DNA of 64,000 nucleotides, taken from assembly GCA_002104945.1 (NCBI GenBank), contig MCFH01000002.1:992001-1056000 (forward strand). The letters are read 5' to 3'. This DNA is from Piromyces finnis finn (Eukaryota; Fungi; Neocallimastigomycota). The translations under genes were made by a program, and so were the position numbers. Within the stretch, counting starts at the first letter, position 1. The number at the start of each line of letters is the position of its first letter. Below are positions 34,201 through 48,529 of the stretch, piece after piece. The notes under the pieces are model-generated. The model made no database searches. It was not told the origin of the DNA and saw only the letters and a program-made list of their open reading frames with translations.

Positions 34201-35201
34201 ATGGACAGAAATTGAATTTTTTACCAATCTAGAAGATACTCTTAAAAAATATTTTAGAAAGAAAAATTACGGATCAGAAGAAATGGTTATTTCATATGAA
34301 TTGAAATTACCTGAAAAGAATTATTACATAATTAAAAAGGATAATAAAGATGATTTGCAAAGGTAATATATATATAAATATTTATTTCTTTATAATGGTG
34401 ATAATTATATTTTTTATAAAAGTGAAAAAGTATAAATGATGATTTTTTTTTTCATTTTCTTTGAATTCCTATTTAAATTAATACTATAATGTAATACTCT
34501 TTATTTTAGTTGTATATTATTTCTTAATTCTGTAAATGAATCAGACACCATTCAAAATATAAATACTGTTTTTCCATCATTAAAACAATTTTATCAAGAA
34601 GTTAAAAGTAAATATATATTTATATTGAATCTTTTTTTATTTTAACAATTATACAATAATATATTAATTATCTAATTAAAAAAATGTAAATATATTAAAT
34701 AGGTTTAAGTAATATATTAAAAATTAAAGAGGATTTATTTAAAAATGATAAATTAGATGATCAGCAAACTATTGATAATAATATTCAATCTATAAATAAG
34801 CTAAAAGAGGAGTTAATGCATACTAAAAACACATTAGAAGAAACAGAACAAAAAGTAAGAAAAATATAAATGATTTTCGATATAGATTTTAATCAAAATT
34901 TTTTTTAAATTTATAAATCCTTTATATATAAATATTATTTTTGAATGTTCCACTATTTTTATAGTGTAATGAATTAATAAATGAGAAAGAAAGGATAATG
35001 GAAGAATTAAAAAATACTACTTCTCACATAAAAGTATTAGAAAATGATGTCAATAAAAAAAAAGAAGATCTACGAGAATTTTTATCAGAGCATAATACCT
35101 TAGTTAATTTATATAATACAGTAGTAGATGAAGAAAAGAGAAAATATAGTACATTAGAAGAAGATTATAACCAGTTGCAAAATCATCAAATAGAATATGA
35201 G
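31223..35201 (+). CDS. Multi-exon Ser-rich / long coiled-coil protein of unknown function (3' end uncertain, possibly to ~35540)
   Basis: ATG at 31223 (MDSINN) splices in frame to 31360 (ELNKSLISSISSES…). Further GT-AG exons at ~32103, 32285, 32572, 32713, 32872-34362, 34510, 34703 and 34965-35201. E/K-rich heptad-like sequence. Confidence 0.65.
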
Positions 35202-37282
35202 GTATAAATTAATAAAAAAAATCATTAATTATTAAAAAAAATAATAGAAAGTAAAAAAATTCAATGATTAAAATATATATTAATAATTTTTTTTTAATAC
35301 TTTTAAATAAATAAACCAATTATATTAAAAAAAAAGAAAAAATTAAAAATTTTAGAAAATGAAAATTGGTAAAATGAAATATATATTAATTATACACTAT
35401 AACTTGATTTTTTTTCATGTTTATTTATATTATTTAATAATTATTTCATAATATTTTTATATAATTAAGCTCACTATTATATGAACTTGACAACTATAAA
35501 AAAAGATCAAACCAAATGAAAAATTACAATAGCCAATTCTACGATTTTTAATGTCTCATTTCATTTACTATTATAAAATCATATAAAAGCATTGTTAAAT
35601 TACTATTATGATTACATAGAAAGATTTAAACATAATTATTTATTAATATATAATACATTTTTCTATATTATCTTTACAACGCCTGTTAAATTTTTTTTTT
35701 AACATAAACTTTATGTATAATTTCCAATCAATGATTCAACTGTAAAATAAAAATAATAAAAATAAGCTTTGAATAAAAAATATATAAGTAGATAGATAAG
35801 AATACTAATAATAGTAATATATTGTGATAATAATTACATTTAACAATACATTTAAATCAAAGTGTTCATCTAACTCTTACTATTATTATTCATATTAAAT
35901 ACTAATAAAACAAAGTAACTATATATGTAATAATTTATTGTGGAAGGACCATTGATACTTATATTTGTATAACAATAATGTAACAATATCCTTTCATCAT
36001 TACATTTATAATTTTTAGAAAAAAAAAGAAAAAAAAGGATACTACTACGAAATATACGTTGATTAAAATATATTTTTAATTACACTTTGCAATATTTATG
36101 TTTTTTTTTATTATTATTTGTCTTGTTTTGTTTTCATCTTTTTTTTTTTTTTTTTGTTAAAAAAGTTATAAAAAACTCACTAATCTTTTATAAATAATAA
36201 TTAAATGAATTATATTCAAAAATATTTTATATTAAATAAAATCTATATTTAAAATATTAACAACTATTCATAACCTAACCTTAAATAAATTATTTAAATG
36301 GTATGGTATTTTAAAAATTATAAAATATCTTAAAATATATCACAAATTAATCGTAAAATTTTGTTTATTATTATTATTCAATACCTGGCCTTATTGAAAA
36401 TAATATATTATAGTAATATATTATATTATACTCAATTGTATAAAAGATACAACATTTTTTCTAAAATTGTATTTTTTTCAATATTAAACCTTATTACTTA
36501 AAAAAAAGCTGATTTACTAACTATTAAACTTTATTTATAGTATTATGTTATTTTGTTGTTACACAAAACATTAGATAATTTTATTAGTAATACCAAGATA
36601 TGAAAAATTTTCCACATAATTCTGATTTTTGCTAAAACATAATGTATAAAACCTATTATGACAAAAAATAAGGAAATAAACCTTTAGTGATATGTATTTA
36701 TGAATAAGAAGTAAAAGTTTTAGAATTTGTATCCAATATTTTTAATATCATTAAAAATATTAGGAAAATATTATTTTAAAATGCAACTCTATCTTCCCTG
36801 TTAAAATGTGCATCCTACAAATGATAAACTATTTTTTCGAAAATAAATAAAAATTATAGTTAGTTATAAAAATTTTTATATTCATAAAAACTATTGTTGA
36901 TATATATAGTTTATTTAAACTAATAAATCATTAAAACATTGGTTTTAGGGTTGATAATCCATTTTATATAAACAAAAGAAAATCTTAAGCCTCTATTGTT
37001 AGCTTCCATAATAAAATTTTCTTATTTCTTAAATTACAAATAATTTATGATATTTTGTTCATCATAGTTTATTATTACATATATAATCAAATTAAAAGCC
37101 AATACACAACCCATAATTTATAATCTAAATTAGTTAAAAGTCAAACTATGGAATTAATTAATTTGTTTAAAACAAGGTTTTAGCCCTCATTAATACAAAA
37201 TTACTTATAAATTTAACATTTTAAAAAAATATAGTTCAAATTTATTAATTAAAAGTATTGTAGTACAAAATAATAATAATAA

Positions 37283-37314
<32 letters not shown>

Positions 37315-39205
37315 GATTATTAATTAGAAGTTTAACATAATATAAAGTGTGGTTATAAATTAATCAAATAAAAGATAAAACTTTTAATAAATATTGACAA
37401 TATAAATTAAAAATGTATAATGATAACATTAACAGTTTATTGTTAAACAATTTGAAAAGTAATTGTTAAAATATAAAGACAATATGTCTCATTAACCTTT
37501 AAAAATAAAAATAAATATATATATTTTTAATAATTTAATTATTTTTTTTTGTTCAATCCTTTGTTATATTTCAGCAGAATAATAAGAAAATACATTGCTA
37601 TAATAATGAATAAATCTTTTATTGTATTATATGTTTCAGTTATTAATATTTTTTAAATTAAAAATCTATGATAATTCTAACCCTTTACCATAAAAAGTTA
37701 TATTAAAAATAAACATTTAAAAAATTAAATAAAAAATTTGAAATAATAAATGAGACTAAAATTATAAATATATTATAATTAGAATAATTAAATAAAGTGT
37801 TTTATGTTGTTTCATTATATATTATTTTTTTTTAATAGTGCATAACTTACTAGGTTAGTATAATAATAAGTAATAGTAGGTATAGTTATTATTAAAGTAA
37901 ATTAAAATTAAAAGTAATAAATATTAAATAAAAATATTTTATTATTATGATGAATATATTTGATATTGATCTATTTTACATTATTTTTATTCTCGTTTTT
38001 TAAATTGTCTATAATAGAAAAATTATAAATAATATTTAATATTTTTATTGATGAATAAATCCTTTTTTTTTTTTCCAATATAAATATATAAATTAATTAA
38101 AAAAAAAGGAAAAAAGAAGTCCCTAATAGAAATAAACATTTCTAAAATAGGTAGAATAAACAACATACTATAATTTTATAATTTAGGGTACAAAAAAGGA
38201 ACAAGCCCAAAATTAATTGTAAAATTGATAAAAGTCAATAAAAAATGAGATGCTCATCAGTTAATAAACATTTTTTATTTATTCTATTTAATATTATTGT
38301 TAAGAATTGACGCCGCATTTATATTAAAAACTAAAATAAAAACATATTAAAATAACATTTTATAATAAATTGATCATTCACTTTTTTCTAATGATATAAT
38401 TTAACATTTTTATTTTTATTTTTTTTTTTTAATTTTAAATTGATATAAATGTATCCATTTTAATTATTTTCATTATTGAATTTTTATATATGAAATACTA
38501 TTATTACCTTTTTTTTTTAATATATAACTGTAACCATTTTATAAAAATAAAAATAATTAATTTTAAAGGTATGTTTCAGTGTGCCTTTTTTCCCTTTGTT
38601 TTTAACCCTGAAATTATTATTTATAATTTTAAATAGATAATATTATTTATTGGCAATTATTTTTAAATATTAAAAATAATCTGTCGTTTCAGATTCTAAG
38701 TATAAAAGTCAATCATGATCTGTAATTAATTAAATTTTTTGGTCACATTTTTTATCTATTTTAGTATAATAATAAACTTTAATAAATAATTTACAGTGTA
38801 GAGACATTAATATTATTAAATTAATTAAAATTTACGATAAAAATATTAATAAAAAAGGACCATAAACCTGATAATTATAATACTTTTATTAATGTGTTTA
38901 AAAATGGAGAGCAAAATATTATCTATTATTATCCTAAAAAAAATTTTATATGAAGTTAAACCTTATTTTCTGCCATATTTTTTAAGAATTAATAGGAGTA
39001 GTTTTTCATATACATATTTTTAATATTACAAAAAATGATCGCCATTATATTTATCATTTTAATTTTAAATTATCCCTCTTTCATATTTAGGAATGCTAAA
39101 GGATATTAATATCTTTTTTTTCAAAAAATATTAATAATATTTAAAATGGATAACCTTTTTTAACACTATTATTACAATATTACATTCATGATAATCATGT
39201 TGTTA

Positions 39206-39245
39206 TTATATTATATTATATTATATTATATTATATTATATTATA
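39206..39245. repeat. (TTATA)8 microsatellite
   Basis: Directly visible pentanucleotide array. Confidence 0.9.
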
Positions 39246-42200
39246 TTAATTTTTATATTATATTTCTAGTTCTAGTTATTATATACAAATACTATTTATT
39301 TTATTAAGATAGTTTTATGATATTGATATATTGTTTTTTATTATATGAAAGTTATTTATAGGTAGAAATTCATGATAGAAAAAACAAAAGGATTATATAA
39401 AATCAATTATGACTTTTTTGTTAAAAAAAAAATTCCTATTTGCATAATTTTTATTAAATTAAAATGTATAAAAAAAAAATACTATTTTTATTATTGGTGT
39501 AAAATGAGAATTTAAATATATTTACCTATTTTCAAATCTTAATTTCTAATTTATTATTTGTCTTTTTGTCCCTAAAATTTATTAAATTATTATCATAAAA
39601 AAATATTTTTGTATTCCTCAAAATAAAAAATTATTAATTAAAATAAATAAAAGATTAAGGATTTTAAAAATTTCTTAATATTTTTTTGTACATAAATAAA
39701 AAGGTATTTCAGAGTATACTTATTTAATATATAAATAACAAATTAAATGCATTACTGGAAAACTCTACAAAATTCTAATAGTTATGAATTCTTATATTTT
39801 ATTCAATTTAGTTCGATATATAAAACAAACAATATTTCGTTTTTTTAAATATATTCCTTAATTAAAATACAATTTTTTTTAAGACAGAGAGTTTAGTCAT
39901 ATTAATAATGAATATGAATAAAATTTAATTTTTAAAATAATCAATATATAATAAAAAATAATTATAATTGCATTATTAATATCATTATCAACTGAAAGTT
40001 GGTGACATAATGATTATTAAAATTTTTTAATTTATTTTTAAATTAAAAATAAATTATATAATATCATCATGTTTCATGTTTATATTATTTATTTTTTAAT
40101 ATTCTTATATATTCATGGTAATAAATGAAACATATTTCATAATTAAATAAAGTGATATATTAATTTATATATAAATCATATAAATTATGAAATAAAGAAA
40201 ACATTTTATTTCACTCTTTATGCTTTTTTTTACTAGGTAGTTATTCATTATGCTTTACTTTGATGTAGTTTTTATACATATTTCATAATAATATAAAATT
40301 TTTATTAATTTATTATATATATCTTTATAAATATTAGAAGTTATTCAATTGTAAAGAAATCTATATAAGATATTAAAAGTTGTAAAATATATATATAAAT
40401 TATATATACTATAATAAACAAAGTGAAGTGTGTTAATAGTTTTTTTTATTTTCGAAATATTCCTTAAACTTTATAAATTAAATTAATATTAAAACTTTTA
40501 TTTAAATTAAATTAAAACGCCGTATAATTATATAGAATTTAAATTAAAATTAACTTTATTAATTTATATTATATTAACATTAATTATAATTATTATTATT
40601 ATGTATGTTTGACAAAAAAGTGATATGTTAATAATCTATTTAAATCAAAATAATAGTATTGAAAATATATTATTAGATATATTATAGTAATATAATTTTT
40701 TTTTTTTTTAGTGATCACTAAATTTAATTTTTTAATATTTTGTTTATTATCATTATTACCAATGTGATTTTTTTTTCTTAATATCATTAATAAGGTAACA
40801 TTAATGCTAATTTTATAAATGTCTCTAAAGTAATAATTATTAAATATCATCCCTTATAATAATGATTCATTATTATCTGCTACTAACTCATATTTTTATT
40901 ATTGTCAATGTTTCATGTTTTAATAACTAAATTTTCAACCTTTTTTTTTTTTTAGTTTTTTTCAAAAAAAATATATTCGTATTTAATTATTTAATAATAG
41001 TTATCTTAATAATAAGAAATAAATTAATAACTAACTATTACTTTTTTAATTTTTGAAATAAACCCAGTATATTAAAGTATTAATAAAAAAAACATGCTTA
41101 ATCAAAAGGCATAGAATTATCAATATATCATGATTAATTTTAAAATGAACTTTATAAATAAAAAACCAAAATGAATAATATTAATATTTATATATTAAAT
41201 TATATATTAAAAATTTTCTGTACTTCTATTAATATTAAATTAAAAATTAATTTTAATTTTTTTTTTTTTTTATACTTTTAATTTATTCATTGTTCAGGAA
41301 AATCAAATTATAAATTCAATAATATTCTCCTAAAAACAATATACTCTTGCATAAACATTAAATTTTAATAAAGTATTTTCTTGTTGATTTTCATATATAT
41401 ATTTTTTTTAAAAAAAAAAAAATTGAAAATCAAAGCCTCATTATATTTTAATTAAAAATTTCCAAAGTTTATGTATACCATTAAATTAATGGAGAATATA
41501 ATTTTCTTTAATAATATTAATAAGTTATCCTTTTTTTAAAGAAACTAATTGCTTGAGCTCAACATATTAATATATATTATATTTATTTTGAAGCATATAT
41601 CATTATTGTATTTTTTTCCCTTTATATTTTTATATTTTTTTTTGAGAGATAATTTAATCCTGATATTTTAATTTTATTTAAATCTATCAATTTAACTTTA
41701 AAGAAATATAGCATTAAATTTTTTCTTTTTTCCATGTTTGGTTTTTTATACTTAAAGTTTAATAGTAAATAGAATTCCGTTAGATAAAATCTAAAATAAA
41801 GGTTATTTCATTTTTCTAACTCTATTTCATAAAAGATGGACAATTTTAATTTATTGAAATATAATAAGATTTATTAAATAACGTTTTCAATCTAATTTTT
41901 TAATTTATATATTTTATTAATAGGTGAATAAAAGTAAATAATGAAGTTTAAAATATATTAATTATTTAAAAAATAGTTTTTATACCCAATTTTTTTTTTA
42001 TTTTTTTTGTAATCAAAATTTTTAAGTTTTTTAAGTTGACACAAACAAATTAAAAATATATTGGAATATCTCTAATTAATATATAGTCATTGTTAGTTAA
42101 GGATTTTAATATTACACAAGCTTACTTTTACTTTTTTTTTGGTTAAATTCTTTTTCTTTTTTTTTTCAATTTTTTAACTATTTCTTATAATTATTTTTAA

Positions 42201-44072
42201 AAAAAATATGATGATGAAATTAAAATTTATAGGAAATTTATGATACAGATGCTATTATATTATAAAAACAATAATATAATAATTATTTTAAATTATTAAT
42301 GAAATATATATTAAATAACTTCATTTTAAATTATAAAAAATTTAACAATAGTAATTTATATCACTTAATATCATAACTTATATTATAATGTGTATTATTA
42401 ATAAATTATTTAAATTTTTTATATTATATTTATTAGTTATAATATATATAAATAATAAAAATGTAAAACAAATAAAATTTATATTTTAAAAAAAGGATTT
42501 TATTATATGTGGTACAAATTTTTTTTTTAAAAAAATAAACGAATAAAAGTACTTATATTCTAATATATTACAATTATTAATCCAAATATATTAATTAATA
42601 AATTATTTATATTTAAATAGATTCCTAATTTATAAATTAGTTAAGATATTAATAAAAAAATTAATTTATTATTTTTTATCCATAATTCCTATTTTGTTAA
42701 AAATCAGTAAGAGAATTAAGGTGTAGATGATTAATATATTAAATTAAAGTCTATATTTAATATATTAATTTTTTATTTAATATAAACAATTATTTATAAG
42801 ATATTAATTAATAAATTATTTAGTATTACTATATATATTTTGACAAAAAATAAAACAAGAAAAAAGTAATTTTCATTTAAGATAATATAAATAAATGCAT
42901 ATTTTTATTGTAAAATATATTTTATATACGGTCAGTAAATTATATTTAATATATTAAAATATAATATATTATATAAATAGATTTTAATAAATTATGCAAT
43001 ATAATTTACTATACGAAAAGTTTAAAATACTAAATAATAAACCAAATATATAAAATTACTATATAACATTATATATTAGAATTTTATAGGATTATCGTTT
43101 TTAAATATAAAAAAATAATATTATGCAATATGGAATATAGAATATTTATACTCAAAACTCTTTTTATTAATAAATTGTGATATATATTTAATATATTTAA
43201 TAATTACACCAACTTTAATTTTTTTCATTTTATATAATTTAAATTATTAAAATAAATTAATATATTATTTATATAAAATATAACACATAGTAAAATATAT
43301 TAGAGTAAACTATTATATACATTATAACGCTATTCGATAAATTTATATTATATTTCCTTTTTGCTAATTAAAATATAAACTTTAATAGATAATGAATTGA
43401 GAAATTGTATTAATTAAAATACTACTTAATATAATGATAAAGTTACATAATAAAAAAGTGTTTAATAATTTTTTTGAGATTATATTAATTTTTTTTCATA
43501 TATAATATTTAAATTCTTCTTCTTTTTTTTTTCTTTAAACATCTTATTTATATTAAAAAATAAAAAAATTATAAAGTAGTTTAAATAAAAATAAATTTTT
43601 TTCTTTGTAAATATTATATTTTTTTATAAATATTTTTCTTTTGTATAATTAATTAGAGCAATATAAATAAATATTGTATATATAGTAAAAAGTTCATTTT
43701 AAAAACTTAATAGCAGGTTTAAACATAGTTTTTTAAATAGAACTTTACTTTAGAAATATAAATATTAAAAAAAAAGAACATATTTAAAAAAGATAAAAAA
43801 TATTATTTTATAAAGAACATTATATATACTGTTTTAAGCGAGTGAATAAAAAGAAAAAATTTTTCATTTTTATGTTTATTGTATAATAATTTATTTATTA
43901 CTTTAATAATTTATTCACTTTGATAGTGTATATAATATATAATATATCAGTAAAATTTAAAAATAAATTAAATCTATTAAAAATTATTGTAAATATAAAT
44001 AAGAATTAAAATAATAATAATAAAAAAGAATAAATAAAAATATAACCGAAAAAATAAATAAAAACATTAAAA

Positions 44073-45671
44073 ATGCAATATCAAGGTCAAGAAAATATAA
44101 ACTTTGTAGTTCAAAATAATCAAAATCAAATGATTATTGATGGAGGCAATTCTGTTCCAATGCAACAACAAACCACCTCTGACTTTGAATGGTTAAATCT
44201 TATGAATCAAGATTCTCAACAACCACAACACTGGCAACAACCAGCTATCCAAAGAAGACAAAGAGCTAATACTATTGCTACCGCACCTTCTCAAACTCAA
44301 TATCAAGTTATAAATCAACCAGTAATGAATCAACAACAACAAATGTTAAATCAACAACAAATAATAAATCAACAACAACAACAAATAATGGGTCAACAGC
44401 AACAAATAATGGGTCAACAACCAATGGAAATCGTTAACCAACCAACTACTTTAATAATTAATCAAACACAAGCAACTACTCAACAACCAATATTGGTACA
44501 GCAAACTCAACCATCTACTCCACAACAAATATTAGTACAACAAACTCAACCATCAACCCCACAACCAATATTAGTACAACAACAAACCCAACCTACTCAA
44601 ATTATTGTTCAACAACAACCAATTTTAGTTCAACAAACTTCTCCACAAACCCCAACTCAACAAATAATTGTTCAAGAAGCTGTTCCAGTGACTACTCAAA
44701 ATTCTCAATTTATGATTGCACAACAAGGTCGTCAAAGAGCAAATACTATTCCAGGTTCTACTGCCCCTCCATATCCACCACAAAGTACTACTTCTTCTCC
44801 ATACTCTTCTTCAAGTGTTAAATCTACTGTATCTACTCCACCTGTTGGTAAAATCGCTATTAGTAGCAATCCAACAAAGAGTATTCCAGCAACCTCTAGT
44901 CCATTACCTGGAATGATTCCAATGATGGGATTCCAAAGTAAATTAAGTAGAGATTTATTTACTCAAAGTGAACATCTTAGAAAATTGGATGAAGAATTAG
45001 ACAAGGTTGATTTTGATGATGTTACAGTATATGAATTAAAAGATCTTTTAAGAAAAAGAGGTTTACCATCTTCAGGAAAGAAGGCTATCTTAACTGAAAG
45101 ACTTTTAGATGAAAAAAGAAATGCCGAAACTAGAAAGAGAAATTATTTAGAAGCTGAAGAATTAAGAAAGAAGGGCCAATTAAATATAAATGGTATTTGT
45201 GGTTCAAATCAAATAATGGACCTTTACGGCGGTATCACCGCGTTAACAACTCAAGAACTTCCAATGCCAAATCCAGTAATTGCTTCTCCATCTAGTGTAA
45301 CATTACAACCAATAATGCCAATGGGCGTTAATCAAGTCAAAACTCGTCAACGTTCCTATTCTGATTCAAGATTAACTCGTCCAAATATAATGGAAGGTTC
45401 TATTAAGACTTCACCAAATATCAACAGTAATTTAAAGAATCAAATATCTTTTCAAGATGTTATGCAAACTGATGCTGTTGTAACTAATGCAAGCCCAAAT
45501 GTTGTCTATGCTCAAAATCAAAACTTCCAACAAGTAAATATGCAACCACAACAAAGTGTTATATACACACAACCACAACAAAATTATATGCAAATACAAA
45601 GTATGTCTACTGATGCTACATGGAATCAAAATAATAATATGAGTAAGTATAGTAGCTCATTAATGATTTAA
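44073..45671 (+). CDS. Gln/Pro/Thr-rich protein with a SAP DNA-binding domain
   Basis: 532 aa ORF with SAP motif DFDDVTVYELKDLLRKRGLPSSGKKAILTERL (~45009-45104), polyQ-like tracts and QxILVQQTQPSTP repeats. Confidence 0.85.
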   Translation: MQYQGQENINFVVQNNQNQMIIDGGNSVPMQQQTTSDFEWLNLMNQDSQQPQHWQQPAIQRRQRANTIATAPSQTQYQVINQPVMNQQQQMLNQQQIINQQQQQIMGQQQQIMGQQPMEIVNQPTTLIINQTQATTQQPILVQQTQPSTPQQILVQQTQPSTPQPILVQQQTQPTQIIVQQQPILVQQTSPQTPTQQIIVQEAVPVTTQNSQFMIAQQGRQRANTIPGSTAPPYPPQSTTSSPYSSSSVKSTVSTPPVGKIAISSNPTKSIPATSSPLPGMIPMMGFQSKLSRDLFTQSEHLRKLDEELDKVDFDDVTVYELKDLLRKRGLPSSGKKAILTERLLDEKRNAETRKRNYLEAEELRKKGQLNINGICGSNQIMDLYGGITALTTQELPMPNPVIASPSSVTLQPIMPMGVNQVKTRQRSYSDSRLTRPNIMEGSIKTSPNINSNLKNQISFQDVMQTDAVVTNASPNVVYAQNQNFQQVNMQPQQSVIYTQPQQNYMQIQSMSTDATWNQNNNMSKYSSSLMI

Positions 45672-47679
45672 AATAAAAGAAATTAAAATTTCTTTTATTT
45701 TTTAATGTTACCCCCCCAAAATTCATAAATTAAAAAATTGTTTTGTTAATTTAAATAATTTTTACCACTGATTAAATAATTTATTTTTTTAAATAATATT
45801 GAAATTAAATACTATCGTTATTAAATTTAAATATTTATTATTTGAAACATTTAATATAAAAATTTTTATAATGGAAAAATTTGTAAAAAAAATAATTATA
45901 AATAATTTTTATTAAAAAATAATAAAAAAATATAAAAATTTTCATTAAAATATATGTAAATATTTATTTTATATGAAAATTTGTAATTTTATAGTATTAA
46001 ATTCTAAAAACGTTATAAAAATTTTATATTAAATTTTGAGGGAACATGATATTTTTTTAAAATATATATTAAATTATTTTGAAACTTATTAGATAGAAAG
46101 TACTAATTAGTTAAATTTTAATTTCTATAATTATTTTTTAGTACCAGTCCAAAATGTTATCAATTATCAAAAACCAATTGCAAATGCATACTAAATGTAA
46201 TTAAATAGTAATAATATTAGGCATTATATTTAATGCTATATTTATCACTGAAATAAAACAAAACAAACAAACAAACAAAAAAAAAAACACAAAAAAAAAA
46301 CACAAAAAAAAATAATATTCGCTGCAAATATTTATTAAAATATTAATCAAATATGATACAAACAATATTAAAAAAAAAACAAAAAAAAAAAAACAAACCC
46401 GAAGCCCTAAATGACGATTAGGTATATTATGCAGTCAGCATTAAATATTAACATCAATAATGAAAAATGTTATTTACTTCCATATCTTAACAATTAAACT
46501 TTTGCATCAATTATTCTTTTAAAATCCTTTTTTTATTTTTAAATTAATATTTTTATATTATTGAATAATTTATTAATTTTAAAATAGTATTAAAAATATA
46601 TAAATTTAAAAAAAAAAACATATTTATAGGAAAAGTTAAGAAATAACATTATTTTTTTTAAAAATATATATTTATATTTTAAAATAATAATGCTTAGGTA
46701 ATTTAATAATACTCGTTATAATTTATTTTTTTAAAATTTTTTTCTTATTAAATTATTCAATGATAATCATAATATTTAAAGATCAAAATTATTTTAAAAA
46801 GATATAACAATATTCAAAGAATGACAAGCGAAGAAAATAATAATTAAAAAAAAAAAAACAATAACAAAAAGCAACAACAAAGAAACAAGCAAACAAACAA
46901 ATATAAAAACTAACATAAAAAAGCAATAATGAAAATTAGTTATATTAAAAATATATAGAATTAATATATATTTTTAAAGTATAGAAATAAAAAAAATAGT
47001 ATAATTATTATTTTTTGGACAAAATAGATTATTTTCTTATAAGAAAATATGATGTTTTGTATGCTTTATAATTATACACGAATTAATGATTTTTAGTATA
47101 TTCTATACTGTTTAATGATAATTAATTGTATAACTAATATTAATGATCAAAAAAGATATATATATATATTATATATGGTATAATGAAACCTTTTATATTT
47201 ATATATATCATCTTTAAAGCATAAATAGATAAGTGGATCAGTAGGTTATAAAAAAAGAAAGAAAAGGGTGATTATTATTAAAATATAAAAAATGGTATTT
47301 CTCAAATACCAATAATTCATCCAAAAATTAAGTGATCAAGAAGAGTTAAAGGTCAGAAAAAAGTGAATTTATAATATGCAATGCAAGTCATAAAAAATTA
47401 TATTCAATAAAGTATTCTTTGAAAAAATACGATTAAGCAAATAAACAAATGAAAAAAGTCAAAAATTAATATTCATACTAATGAACATTTAGCAATAAAA
47501 ATTATAATTATCAATATTTTTTTTATTTATTTTATTTTTATTAATTATTTTATAAATTTTAAATTTTATATAATTTTAAACAATTAAAATTCTTTTAATG
47601 TTTTTTTTAATCTTTAGAAAATTTACTTTTTTATTTTATTAAAAAGATAAAATACATAAATATAAAATTTCAATTTAAT

Positions 47680-47706
47680 AAACAAACAAACAAACAAACA
47701 AACAAA

Positions 47707-47747
<41 letters not shown>
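47680..47747. repeat. Compound (AAAC)n(AAAT)n microsatellite
   Basis: Directly visible. Confidence 0.9.
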
Positions 47748-47749
<2 letters not shown>

Positions 47750-48529
47750 AAAAATAAAATTTTTAATAATAATTTTTTGTTTCATTATAGTATCAATACG
47801 TTACATTACGTTAAGAAAATTTTTTTGTTATAATTAACTTTAATTAATATTAAATAATAAAATAATTTTTGTAGAAGAATCTTAATTATTAATAAATTAG
47901 TTATTAGTAATAAATAGAAAAATTTAGAAGAATAAATAGTTTAGTTTAGTAAAAGAATTTTAACACCTTCTCGAAGTAATATTAATTTTATAATCTTTAT
48001 TATTAATTATTTTTATGTAATTAGTAATTATTAGTAATTATTATTAATAAAAAATTAAAATAATTGTAAAGCCTCAATTGAAGCTTTAGTATAAATAGTT
48101 AAAGAAAAAATAATTAGTTAAGCTTCAATTGAGAATTATTTTCAAATTCTATAAAAACCTTTTTATTATTCTGACTTATAAAAAGTCCACTTTTCAATGT
48201 TAATAAAAGATCAAATATAATTTTAAACTTAAATTATTAATAAAAGAGTCTTGTGTAAAATTTTTAAATAAATTTCTATTATTGTCTTTTCTAAATTTTT
48301 ATCAAACCTTATTTAATAATAAAATAATTCAACCTATTCGCCAAACCCCTGATATTTTTTGTTTCATTATAGTTGTACATCTTCCATTATCAATTTATTT
48401 TTAATAAACTTTTTTCTTTATATCATTTTTCAGTTTTCATTAAGATGTAACTAATTTCTTTTTCTTTTTTTTTTTATTTTAGTTTTTGAGGTAATAAAAC
48501 AGGATGTATAATGAAGAATTATTATTAAT

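Noticed and set aside
38100-38260. Possible small spliced gene (GTAG…TTTAG intron, KGTSPKLIVK)
   Set aside because: Too short, with no start and no further exons found.
46395-46445. GC-richer patch with CCCTAA (telomere-like) and a CCTAA/TTAGG mini-hairpin; possible snoRNA
   Set aside because: A single hexamer and a 5-bp stem are not significant, and no convincing C/D box pair was found.
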